Source: an uncultured Bacilli bacterium (GTDB taxonomy: Bacteria; Bacillota_I; Bacilli_A; RF39; UBA660). Taken from it: a stretch of 64,000 bases of DNA. The position numbers were made by a program, and so were the translations under genes. The notes under the pieces are model-generated. The model was not told the origin of the DNA. It saw nothing but the letters and a program-made list of their open reading frames with translations, and ran no database searches. The first letter of the stretch is position 1, and the number at the start of each line of letters is the position of its first letter. Shown here piece after piece: positions 35,644 through 44,798 of this stretch. The stretch lies in assembly GCA_934098665.1 (NCBI GenBank), contig CAKOOO010000001.1, positions 30,823 to 94,822 of the forward strand. The letters are read 5' to 3'.

Positions 35644-36615
35644 ATGGAATTGAAGCAACCCATAAATGATTTATATAAACATTGTCACTATGCTAAACAT
35701 ATTAATTATAATAGTTTAAATGAACAAATTGAAAAAGAAAACTTTTATTTAAATAATAATTTTATTTATGAAGAAATGATAAACAGTTTTTTAGATAATA
35801 ATGAGCAAGTTCATAATAAAAAAACTAAATATAATGAACATTTAAATGAAGATGATTTATTTACTTTAACTTATGATTTTTTTAAAAATTTAGATAGTGA
35901 TATTTTTAAAACATTTACTATTTTATTTAATAATAAAGAAAATAACATAAGTTTTATAAAAGATAAAATTAATTCTAGATATATTGGCTACACTAAAAAG
36001 TATCCAAATAATTTTATTAAAATTGAAATGATTAAAAATAATAATATAACGGATTTATATACCCTTGTACATGAATATGGTCATGCAATAAATCATTTAA
36101 ATAATGATTTTAACTATACTTTATATAGAAAACCTTTTTCAGAAATTGAAAGTACATTTTTAGAAATTTTATTATCAAATTATTTAGAAAAAAATGGATT
36201 TAATCAAAAAGATATTTTATATTATAATAATTTTAAGTTTGATAGCATATATAAAGATGCCCTTTTTATGAAAGCTAAATATTTATTTTTAGATTTTCAA
36301 AATTTAAATCATTTAAATTGTCATAATAAAAATTATTATAAAGAAATTAAGCATATGGTAAATATTTCAAAAAAAGATATTAAATATTTATATAGTATAA
36401 ATTCTTATGAACTTCTTCCTTATGTAGTAAGTCCTTTATATGCTTTTGAACTTTATGATATGTATTTAAAATCAAAAGAAAAAGCTATGAGTGTATATAA
36501 AAAAATAATTTCTTTTGATAGCCCATCATCAATAGATATAATAAAAAATTTAGAAAGTTTTTATTTATACCCTAATGAAACTGATACATGTATAAGATAT
36601 TTAAAAAGGAAGTAA
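35644..36615 (+). CDS. HExxH zinc metallopeptidase-like protein (half-size, M3/PepF-like motif region)
   Basis: 323 aa with HEYGHAINH followed about 25 residues later by SEIESTFLE, an HExxH...E arrangement as in M3 oligoendopeptidases. No signal peptide. Confidence 0.5.
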   Translation: MELKQPINDLYKHCHYAKHINYNSLNEQIEKENFYLNNNFIYEEMINSFLDNNEQVHNKKTKYNEHLNEDDLFTLTYDFFKNLDSDIFKTFTILFNNKENNISFIKDKINSRYIGYTKKYPNNFIKIEMIKNNNITDLYTLVHEYGHAINHLNNDFNYTLYRKPFSEIESTFLEILLSNYLEKNGFNQKDILYYNNFKFDSIYKDALFMKAKYLFLDFQNLNHLNCHNKNYYKEIKHMVNISKKDIKYLYSINSYELLPYVVSPLYAFELYDMYLKSKEKAMSVYKKIISFDSPSSIDIIKNLESFYLYPNETDTCIRYLKRK

Positions 36616-36616
36616 T

Positions 36617-37522
36617 ATGAAAGTAAATGTTAATGAATATAAAAATAAATTAAGAAAAAAAATATATATTGATAATAAAAATATTAGTTTTAATCCAAAT
36701 ATAACTAGGGTTATAGAAAACTTTGCTTGTGTAAATAAGGCATCTGACTGGAAAGAAAATTCAGTAGTAAGTTTAACTAAAAATGACATATTTGATCTTA
36801 CTTATGATTTTTATAAAAGTTTTTTAGATAAGAATCTTTTTAATATATTTGAGTGTTATTTTAAAAACAGAAATGAAAATATTTATTTTTTAAAAAAATC
36901 AAAATATAATCTCGAAGGATATACAGATGAAAATAACATAATTAAAATAATTAACAATAATAAATATAATTATATTATCCTTGATACACTTATTCATGAA
37001 ATTGGTCATGCTATAGCAAATATTTATAACGATAAAAATTGTAATTTAGATTATAAGCTAGCTTATAGTGAAATAGAAAGTATTTTTCCAGAATTTTTAT
37101 CAACTATGTTTATTAATGAAAAAGAATATTCACAAACTATTTATAATTCATATTTATCATTATGTAACTTAAATAACATTTTAAATTATAAACTTGAGGT
37201 ATATTACTATATGAAAAATAATAACATAGATATAAATAATAAAGATTTATTTTTTAAACTTAATAATGATTTAGGTTGTGACTATGAATGTCTAGCTCAA
37301 ACTTATGAAACATCATTTAATTATTATCTTCCCTATACTATTGGTTCAGCTTATGCATTTTTTCTAATTAATATTTATATTGATGATAAAGACTATGCTT
37401 TAAAACTTTATAAAGATATACTAAATATGCATTTTTATAATGAAAGATATTATGAAAAATATTTAAGTAATAATGGTATATATCCAAACTATTCTTGTAA
37501 ACTTTTTAGGGTAAAAAAATAA
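36617..37522 (+). CDS. HExxH zinc metallopeptidase-like protein, tandem paralogue
   Basis: 301 aa with HEIGHAIAN...SEIESIFPE. Colinear with the preceding gene and starts 1 nt after its stop. Confidence 0.5.
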   Translation: MKVNVNEYKNKLRKKIYIDNKNISFNPNITRVIENFACVNKASDWKENSVVSLTKNDIFDLTYDFYKSFLDKNLFNIFECYFKNRNENIYFLKKSKYNLEGYTDENNIIKIINNNKYNYIILDTLIHEIGHAIANIYNDKNCNLDYKLAYSEIESIFPEFLSTMFINEKEYSQTIYNSYLSLCNLNNILNYKLEVYYYMKNNNIDINNKDLFFKLNNDLGCDYECLAQTYETSFNYYLPYTIGSAYAFFLINIYIDDKDYALKLYKDILNMHFYNERYYEKYLSNNGIYPNYSCKLFRVKK

Positions 37523-37546
37523 TAAAAAAGAATGATTTTCTCATCC

Positions 37547-37690
37547 TTAATTATTATTACTATTATTTGTTAAAGAATACATATTTTTCATCTTGAACTT
37601 TTTACCTTTGTTATTACCTAAATACATATAAGTACCTAGACCTGCGCCAGTTATTGCCATGCCAAGCATCATATATCCGATTTTTTTCAT
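37547..37690 (-). CDS. 47-aa small membrane protein
   Basis: GAGGTG lies 5 nt upstream of the ATG at 37690. Encodes MKKIGYMMLGMAITGAGLGTYMYLGNNKGKKFKMKNMYSLTNNSNNN. Below the ORF-track length cutoff. Confidence 0.4.
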   Translation of the reverse strand: MKKIGYMMLGMAITGAGLGTYMYLGNNKGKKFKMKNMYSLTNNSNNN

Positions 37691-37729
37691 TTAACACCTC
37701 TACTTATAGTATGAGATGTTTTTTTTATT

Positions 37730-39928
37730 TTATTCATTAAAATACCCTTGAAGATACTCTTTTAAAGAAGTTTTTCTTTTACTTGAATAGTTATTTTGAA
37801 TAGCCCTTATAAAAGAAGATGGATCCCCTATAATAGTTAAACTTTTTTTGGCACGAGATACACCTGTATAAATTAACTTATTATAAAGCATAATATTATA
37901 TCCTTTTGATATTGGCATAATAACATGTTCAAATTCACTACCTTGACTTTTATGAATTGTTATTGCATAAGCAAGAGTTATATTTTTTAAATCTTTTTTT
38001 TCATAAAAAACTATATTACCATCAAAATCTATTGTAATTTTTATTTTACCATCACTACCCGTAAAAATATTTATTATTTTACCTATATCTCCATTAAAAA
38101 CATTATTATCGGCATCATTAATAAGTTGAAGTACTTTATCTTTTACTTTATAAGTTTTATCACCATATTTAATAGAATATAAACTATCATCCTTATTATA
38201 AATTTTTTCTAAATAAAGATTTAAATTATCAATACCATTTATCCCTTTATACATTGGTGCAAGCACTTGCATTTTAGTTTCATCGATACCTTTTGTAAGA
38301 GCATATTTTGCCGCATTTACTACTTTAGATAAAATTTCCTGTTCGGGGCACACTATAAATGAATAATCGTCTCTTTTTATAGTAAAGTCATCTTCGAGAT
38401 TCTGAGCTTTAATATCTTTAGCAAGATAAGGTATATATGAATTATCACTTTGCCTATAAATAGTTGAAAGAATATTAAAACTTATTACATCACTATCTAT
38501 TAAATCATGTAATACAAGACCTGGGCCTACTGAAGGAAGCTGGTAGATATCCCCTACTAAAATAAGTTTTATATTTGAGTTATAAGCACAAAGTAGACTT
38601 CTCATTAAACTAACATCTATCATTGAGCATTCATCTACAATAACAAGTTTATGGTATAGTTTATTATGTTCATTATATTCAAATGTACCATCTTCTTTAT
38701 GCCAGCGAAGTAGTCTATGTATAGTACAGGCTCCAAGGCCTGTTGCACAAGAAAGTTTTTTCGAAGCTCTACCTGTTGGTGCAAGAAGGGTAATATTACT
38801 AATTATCTCTTCATTATTAAAATTATGTTTTTTAATATAAAATTTTACTATTGCTTCAATAATTGTTGTTTTACCAGTTCCTGGACCACCAGAAATAATA
38901 GATATATTTTCAGTTAAACTATTTTTTATAGCCTCAAGTTGTTCTTTAGAATATTCTTTACCTGTTTCATTAGAAATTAACTTTATTTGCTCATCAAAAT
39001 CATTAATTTCTTCTTTTTTTTGTTTATCAATTAAATATAAATATCTTGCAATATCTTTTTCTTCATCATAATATTTTTTTAAATAATATCTTAACCCATC
39101 TTTAATAATTAAATTATCATTTATAAGACTTTCTAAATAATTATCAAAGTCTTCATCACTTAAGGTTATTTCATAATTTGCATTTAAATATTTATATATT
39201 TCATCTTTATAATAATATGTAGATCCATCAGAAAAAGATATATCACAAAGTGTATTTAAAAGGCACTGTTTACATCTTAAAGGACTATCTTTAGAAATTT
39301 TATTTTTGTATATATCATCAAGTTTTTTAAATTCAAAAATGTCCTTTAAAAGATATAAATTACCTTCGATTATAGGCGTTATATCACTATAATGTTTATT
39401 TAATACTTTTGATGCTTCCTCATAATTAAAGCCAAAAGAAATAAGAGTTTTAATAAGTGTTTCATTCATTTCAAAACGCTGAAGACTTCCATATATTTTA
39501 GCACTTTTTAAAGTAGTCATCCCCTTAACTTTAAATAAATTATTAATATCCTCGGTAATAAGTTTTATAGCATTAACACCTAAAGTGTCCACAATTCTTT
39601 TAGCAAATACTTTTGAGCAGCCTTCAACAAAAGGGCTTTCAAAAAATTTAATTAACTCTTCTTTAGTAGTGGGCATAACTACCTCTATTCTATAAGAATT
39701 AAATTGCCATGAATATTTTGGATGATTAATTAAAGAGCCATATATTTTATATTTTGCATCTAAATTAAGATTTGGAAAACTACCTGTTACATGTATTATG
39801 TTACTCACTTTACCTTTTAAAAAAGTTTCATCATTTTCATCAAGTTTAAAAAGAGTAACATAATAGTTACTATCCTTGTTTTCGTAAATAATTTTTTTAA
39901 ATTTTCCAACAATATATTTTTCTTCCAT
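37730..39928 (-). CDS. recD2: RecD2-type ATP-dependent DNA helicase
   Basis: 732 aa with Walker A (SGGPGTGKTT), VDECSM, and SF1B helicase motifs through ...TIHKSQGSEF. Confidence 0.9.
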   Translation of the reverse strand: MEEKYIVGKFKKIIYENKDSNYYVTLFKLDENDETFLKGKVSNIIHVTGSFPNLNLDAKYKIYGSLINHPKYSWQFNSYRIEVVMPTTKEELIKFFESPFVEGCSKVFAKRIVDTLGVNAIKLITEDINNLFKVKGMTTLKSAKIYGSLQRFEMNETLIKTLISFGFNYEEASKVLNKHYSDITPIIEGNLYLLKDIFEFKKLDDIYKNKISKDSPLRCKQCLLNTLCDISFSDGSTYYYKDEIYKYLNANYEITLSDEDFDNYLESLINDNLIIKDGLRYYLKKYYDEEKDIARYLYLIDKQKKEEINDFDEQIKLISNETGKEYSKEQLEAIKNSLTENISIISGGPGTGKTTIIEAIVKFYIKKHNFNNEEIISNITLLAPTGRASKKLSCATGLGACTIHRLLRWHKEDGTFEYNEHNKLYHKLVIVDECSMIDVSLMRSLLCAYNSNIKLILVGDIYQLPSVGPGLVLHDLIDSDVISFNILSTIYRQSDNSYIPYLAKDIKAQNLEDDFTIKRDDYSFIVCPEQEILSKVVNAAKYALTKGIDETKMQVLAPMYKGINGIDNLNLYLEKIYNKDDSLYSIKYGDKTYKVKDKVLQLINDADNNVFNGDIGKIINIFTGSDGKIKITIDFDGNIVFYEKKDLKNITLAYAITIHKSQGSEFEHVIMPISKGYNIMLYNKLIYTGVSRAKKSLTIIGDPSSFIRAIQNNYSSKRKTSLKEYLQGYFNE

Positions 39929-41160
39929 TACACAGTTAATTTATAAATTTCTCCTTTTATAAGTTTTTCATTAGTTTTTACAAGTAAATAATTTGAAGTA
40001 TGACCTATTGAATAATCATCAGTTACTTCTTCGATTATTACATCCATTTTCTTTCCCTTAAATTTATTATAATAATTTTTTTCAAGTTCATTTGAAAGTT
40101 CCATAAGTTTTTTTACTCTTTCATGTTTTACATTTTCTTTTACTTTTCCACTCAACATGCTAGCTTTTGTTCCTTTTCTTTCTGAATATGGAAACACATG
40201 TACTTTTGAAAAATTGATTTTTTTAACAGTTTCTATTGTTTCTAAAAACATTTCTTCAGTTTCTCCGGGAAAACCCACTATAATATCTGTGGTTATAGAA
40301 ATATCAGGTCTTACTTTTCTAATTTCATTTATTTTTTCTATAAAATAATTTAAATCATATTTTCTATTCATCATTTTTAAAATACATTTACTACCAGACT
40401 GAATTGGTATATGAATATGATTACATATTTTATCATTTATTTTAAGTTCATTTATAAATTTATCACTAATTTGTGTAATTTCTATAGAGGACTGTCTTAT
40501 ACGTAAAAGATTATCTATTTCACTCATTTTTTTAATTAAATCAGTTAAATCTTTACCATCATCATAATATGAACCTGTATCAATACCCGTTAAAACGATT
40601 TCCTTAAAGCCATTATTTGCAAGTGTTTGGGCTTCATTTATAGCAAGAGAAAATTTTTTGCTACGAGTCATACCTCTTACAAAAGGAATTACACAATATG
40701 AACAAAAATTATCACAACCATCTTCGATTTTTATATAAGCTCTAGTATGGTCAAATGATGTTATTTCCATGTTTTCAAATGGTAATGCACGAGTTTTAGC
40801 AATATATTCAAGGGGAGTCCTTTTATCTAAATACTCATTAATAACATTTACTATATTATGTTTATTAATATTTCCCATTAGAATATCTATATCATATTCT
40901 TCATAACTACCTTTATTATTTTGAACAGAACAACCACATACCACTAAAATAGCATTAGGATTTTCCCTTTTAAGTCTTCTTACTTCCTTCATACTTTTTT
41001 TATCTGATGTATCTGTAACCGTGCATGTATTTAAAATTAAAATATCACATTTTTTATTTTCATTACAAAAAGAAAACCCATTTTTTATTAAGGCTTCCTT
41101 CATAAAATTACTTTCATAACTATTTACTTTACAACCAAGTGTAATAATATTAAATTTCAT
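39928..41160 (-). CDS. mtaB: MiaB-like radical-SAM tRNA methylthiotransferase (MtaB/YqeV family)
   Basis: 410 aa with an N-terminal UPF0004 Cys triad (GCKVN...NTC...GC), radical-SAM CDNFCSYC and a TRAM-like C-terminus. Confidence 0.7.
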   Translation of the reverse strand: MKFNIITLGCKVNSYESNFMKEALIKNGFSFCNENKKCDILILNTCTVTDTSDKKSMKEVRRLKRENPNAILVVCGCSVQNNKGSYEEYDIDILMGNINKHNIVNVINEYLDKRTPLEYIAKTRALPFENMEITSFDHTRAYIKIEDGCDNFCSYCVIPFVRGMTRSKKFSLAINEAQTLANNGFKEIVLTGIDTGSYYDDGKDLTDLIKKMSEIDNLLRIRQSSIEITQISDKFINELKINDKICNHIHIPIQSGSKCILKMMNRKYDLNYFIEKINEIRKVRPDISITTDIIVGFPGETEEMFLETIETVKKINFSKVHVFPYSERKGTKASMLSGKVKENVKHERVKKLMELSNELEKNYYNKFKGKKMDVIIEEVTDDYSIGHTSNYLLVKTNEKLIKGEIYKLTV

Positions 41161-41172
41161 AAAACCACCCTT

Positions 41173-41694
41173 TTAATTTAAACTTTTTTGTAACTCTTTT
41201 AAAGTTTTTAAAAATTCTTCTTCTTTTCTCAAACTCATTAAATGAACTTCCATTTTAATTGGTTCACTTTTTTTAACATTTATTAAATTATTTAAATCAA
41301 CTTTTTTAACTAAAACATCACCAGTTTTATCTTCATCTAAATAGTTAAGTTCATATTGACCTGTATTTGATAAAAGTTCATCATAACTTATTATTGCTTT
41401 TTCTTCCTCTTCTTTTTCATAAGGTGTAAAGTCAATTGGTTTAACATTTTTAAGTGCTGTTGCTATTTCTTTTAAATCATTATCTTTAATATTATCAATA
41501 TTAGGATTATTGTTTACTTTTTCAATTTCATTTAATACTAAATTTTCACTTTCCATATCATTGCCATTTACTTTTATAAAATATATTAAAGACACCACTA
41601 GTACGATTAAAAATACTACTGTAAAAAAGAAAACATAATCAATAAATGCTAAACTTTTTAAAAATACTATTATATCATTAAGCATATTATACAC
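41173..41694 (-). CDS. hypothetical membrane-anchored protein
   Basis: 173 aa. One N-terminal TM helix followed by an acidic, Lys-rich soluble part. Confidence 0.5.
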   Translation of the reverse strand: MYNMLNDIIVFLKSLAFIDYVFFFTVVFLIVLVVSLIYFIKVNGNDMESENLVLNEIEKVNNNPNIDNIKDNDLKEIATALKNVKPIDFTPYEKEEEEKAIISYDELLSNTGQYELNYLDEDKTGDVLVKKVDLNNLINVKKSEPIKMEVHLMSLRKEEEFLKTLKELQKSLN

Positions 41695-41846
41695 CTTCCA
41701 TAAAACTATTGTAGCAGTATTTATCTTATTTTTAAAGTATTTTTTTATTTATTTACTTTCATATTGTAAAGTGTGTAAAGGTGCATAGATTATTATACAT
41801 TGATATTAAAGTTTATGTAACATTTTGACATGTAATGCCCTATCGC

Positions 41847-41874
41847 TTACAATATTAAAAATATATTTTATAAT
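41847..41874 (+). promoter_or_regulatory. sigma-A-type promoter of the small-ORF transcript (copy 2)
   Basis: TTACAA, 16 nt, then TATAAT (41869-41874). Same position relative to the GAACGTG 5' arm as in copy 1. Confidence 0.45.
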
Positions 41875-41881
41875 ATCTTTT

Positions 41882-42148
41882 GAACGTGCAAGAATGGCGT
41901 TACCTTCTAAATTTTTGGGGTTTTGGATAACAAAATCTAGAGATGAGGAATGTATGTGAAAAAGAAAACGTATGAAAGACTACTTTTCTGGATCATATTA
42001 CTTTCTTGGTTATAACATATCAAGACAAAATAAGAAGCGTCATCCGTAGTTTACTAGATTTCATCATTTGCTTACTGCAACTTTTGATTTCTAGTATAGG
42101 ATAACGCTATCTTCAAGAAATTCTAGGTAACATTAATCTATCAAGTTC
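41882..42148 (+). other. small structured transcript closed by a 5'/3' end helix (copy 2)
   Basis: 5' arm GAACGTGCAAGAATGGCGTTACC; 3' arm GGTAAC...CAAGTTC. Copy 2 pairs GTTACC with GGTAAC where copy 1 pairs GTTGCC with GGCAAC, a compensatory double change. Confidence 0.45.
41956..42015 (+). CDS. 19-aa Lys-rich hydrophobic mini-ORF (truncated relative to copy 1)
   Basis: GAGGA lies 6 nt upstream of the GTG. Encodes (M)KKKTYERLLFWIILLSWL. Nucleotide homology to copy 1 continues beyond its stop, so this copy may be degenerate. Confidence 0.3.
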   Translation: MKKKTYERLLFWIILLSWL

Positions 42149-42193
42149 CTCATTTATAATATATCACTTTTATATAAATTTATGCACGTGTTT

Positions 42194-43642
42194 TTAACCA
42201 ATATGATATGGACTGGTTTGAGAACCAGTGCCACCTACTATTTTTATAGCATCACTATCTAAATAGAAAGTTGGACGGACTGCAAACTGGTTGCTTCCGA
42301 CAAGGTAGTTATAGTTGTAGCTGATGTTCACAAACCCTGGCGAAAACAAAATAGCAGCATTATTCGAATTCGAAGAAAAAGGGGAAAGAAGCCATTCTCC
42401 ACTACTTACAAAACTACTTTGTGATGTAAACAACCAATCATTATTATAACAATCACTATATGATGAATCGTCCCAATAATATAATGCTTTTGCTCTACAA
42501 CTTGACTTATTTGTTGTAGAACCTCCCACTGTGGCATAACCATAATCACTTGGGTACATTAATCCAATTTTTGCAAATATACTGCTTGGATTACCACTAT
42601 ATATTGCACTTGTATTTCTTTCCTCTGTATAAATACCTTCTGCCGTTAAAGTACCATAATTCGATGAACTCGCTCCACCTAAATGCCATTTTGCATTTGC
42701 TACCCCACTAGATAGTTTACTATTTACATTTGAAGTGCCTAATATAGTAGTTAAATATGTACCATTAATTTCAGTTTTTAATGATACGATCTCCCAATTA
42801 TTTGTTCCTGATGAATTCCAATACTTTCCACTTGTTCCACCATAGTTATTTGTATCTATTACTTTTAATAGTTTTTTAGTTCCACTACTATTTGTTCCAT
42901 CACTTGAATACTCTTCATCAAATAATCCAATTATTCTAAATAATAATGAAGTACTTGAACATGTACCTTCTTTTTGATTATCTAAACATATGTAGTTATT
43001 TGGATTAGCTCCTTCATATCTTATTCCATTTTCGTCAAATATATCTGTATTGTTTGCTACCATTAATGTTTCAAATGATGTTCCAAGTGATATTGTAAAT
43101 TCTTTTATAGTTTTATTTCCTGCACTATCTTTTACCCATAGAAAATACGTACCTTCACTTTCTATAGTAATATTTAAATTATAGGTTGTACCAGTTATTT
43201 GTGTCCAACTTGTTGGCTCTACATTATTACTCATACTTAATCCATATCCAACCAAATTATTATTATCTGATAATGTAGCGGTTAATATATTTTCATTTAC
43301 TGTTAAATTATTTATTGTTGGTGCTATGCTGTCTTCATCAAAATATAAAGTACATCTATCACTTCCTATAAAACTAAAACCCACTACACCACTAACATTA
43401 TCATAACTTGAGATTTCTCCATTATTTTCACAAAAACTTTTTTCTTTATTAAGTAAATAACTTCCTTTGGGAATACTTTTTGAATTTGTATAACTACTTG
43501 AATTATTTTCTTTTACATATATTGCATAGCCTTTATTTACTAACTTATTTTTATTTAAATTTACTTTTTTATTATAGATAAAAACCATACCTAAAATCCC
43601 TATTATTAAAAATACGAACAACACTATTTTTTTCTTCTTCAT
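42194..43642 (-). CDS. membrane-anchored variable surface protein, paralogue B2 (482 aa)
   Basis: Start placed at MKKKKIVLFVFLIIGILGMVF (43642) after AAGAGGAG; the track ORF begins 10 codons upstream. N-terminal region homologous to B1. C-terminal EWLLSP...FAVRPTFYL...GGTGSQTSPYHIG. Confidence 0.85.
   Translation of the reverse strand: MKKKKIVLFVFLIIGILGMVFIYNKKVNLNKNKLVNKGYAIYVKENNSSSYTNSKSIPKGSYLLNKEKSFCENNGEISSYDNVSGVVGFSFIGSDRCTLYFDEDSIAPTINNLTVNENILTATLSDNNNLVGYGLSMSNNVEPTSWTQITGTTYNLNITIESEGTYFLWVKDSAGNKTIKEFTISLGTSFETLMVANNTDIFDENGIRYEGANPNNYICLDNQKEGTCSSTSLLFRIIGLFDEEYSSDGTNSSGTKKLLKVIDTNNYGGTSGKYWNSSGTNNWEIVSLKTEINGTYLTTILGTSNVNSKLSSGVANAKWHLGGASSSNYGTLTAEGIYTEERNTSAIYSGNPSSIFAKIGLMYPSDYGYATVGGSTTNKSSCRAKALYYWDDSSYSDCYNNDWLFTSQSSFVSSGEWLLSPFSSNSNNAAILFSPGFVNISYNYNYLVGSNQFAVRPTFYLDSDAIKIVGGTGSQTSPYHIG
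42272..42351 (-). other. shorter AAC/NNC-codon-rich patch in B2
   Basis: GTG AAC ATC AGC TAC AAC TAT AAC TAC CTT GTC GGA AGC AAC CAG TTT GCA GTC CGT CCA encodes FVNISYNYNYLVGSNQFAVRP. AAC/TAC/AGC codons are unusual for this genome. Weaker than the A1 and A2 patches. Confidence 0.35.
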
Positions 43643-43688
43643 ACACTCCTCTTTTTGCCAGTAAATACGCACGTCTATTTTCTCATAT

Positions 43689-43813
43689 TAGGTAGATTTA
43701 AGAAAATTACATAACGTAATTTCGTTAAAAAGGGTTTAAAAATTATAAAAATTAATGTATAATTTAATAGTAAGGTACGTAAATACGAGATAGAATTTTC
43801 TTAAATCTACCTA
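43689..43813 (+). promoter_or_regulatory. invertible promoter cassette 4 (promoter faces away from gene B2: OFF)
   Basis: Perfect 20-bp inverted repeats: TAGGTAGATTTAAGAAAATT at 43689-43708 and its reverse complement at 43794-43813. The core carries, on the plus strand, TTTAAA (43735-43740), 17 nt, then TATAAT (43758-43763). The core is the reverse complement of the locus 2 core. Confidence 0.8.
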
Positions 43814-43844
43814 CTTTAGGAAAATACGAACAAAGTAGATACTG

Positions 43845-43872
43845 GGTTTATTTGATATAAGCCTATTTTTTT
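43845..43872 (+). terminator. weak plus-strand hairpin + T-run just outside cassette 4
   Basis: GGTTTA-TTTGATA-TAAGCC (one G-U pair) followed by TATTTTTTT. It lies downstream of the OFF-oriented promoter. Confidence 0.4.
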
Positions 43873-43943
43873 AATTTATACTAAAAAACCACTAAAAATA
43901 GTGTTCTTTAAAACAAAAATATTGAAAATATATAAGCAAAATG

Positions 43944-44798
43944 CTACTTTATTTTTAAAATAATTTTATCAAAAAATGGATAACATAAACTTAAAATAAG
44001 TGATGTAATATAAACTCCTATATTAATGTCAAAAAATGAAAATAAAAATGTAAATAAGCCTAGGGCAAAACCATAAATATAGTTTCCACCTTTTGTATAT
44101 GGTGTAAAAATAGATATAGTATTTAAATAAACAAATGCAAATATTAAATTATTATTTAAAGTAAAATTTATATCAGCATTATTACCTAGTAAAAATGAAA
44201 TTGTTATAAGAACATAATATACTACAAAAGCTGTTATAGGAATATGTTTTTTATATTCAAATTTAGTTATTAAATAGATAAAAGATAGTATACTATAAAT
44301 TGTTAATGTATTAGATATTCCCCCACTTCCACATCCAAATAAATAATTTGTTAATGTATAATTGTGAACTACACTTTCTTCATATATATTTTGATAGCTT
44401 AAATTTTTAAATAAATAAGAAGTAATTATATATAAAATCATATATATAAGTGGTATATTTAATTTTTTAAATTTATATAAAATATTTAATAATACTAAAA
44501 GTACTATAAAAACTATAATATTTGTTTTCGCAGGGGTAATTATGCTTATAAAAATATTTAAAAGAAGTCTATATGATATAAAATCCTCTTCAAAAAGTTT
44601 TTTTAAAATATAGGTAGTTATAATAGAAATGCATACTAAAAATGGTACTTTAAATAAACTAAATAAATTAATTAAATCTTTTTTATAAAGAAGTATACCA
44701 TTTTTATAAAAACCATAAAGTGCAAATGGAATCATTAATAAAAGTAATAATTTAATAAAACTTTTACTATCATTTTTAGCTCTTAAATAAACATTCAT
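43944..44798 (-). CDS. RnfD/NqrB-like polytopic membrane protein
   Basis: 284 aa, about 8 TM helices, translationally coupled to the RnfC-like gene upstream. Family call made by eye only. Confidence 0.45.
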   Translation of the reverse strand: MNVYLRAKNDSKSFIKLLLLLMIPFALYGFYKNGILLYKKDLINLFSLFKVPFLVCISIITTYILKKLFEEDFISYRLLLNIFISIITPAKTNIIVFIVLLVLLNILYKFKKLNIPLIYMILYIITSYLFKNLSYQNIYEESVVHNYTLTNYLFGCGSGGISNTLTIYSILSFIYLITKFEYKKHIPITAFVVYYVLITISFLLGNNADINFTLNNNLIFAFVYLNTISIFTPYTKGGNYIYGFALGLFTFLFSFFDINIGVYITSLILSLCYPFFDKIILKIK

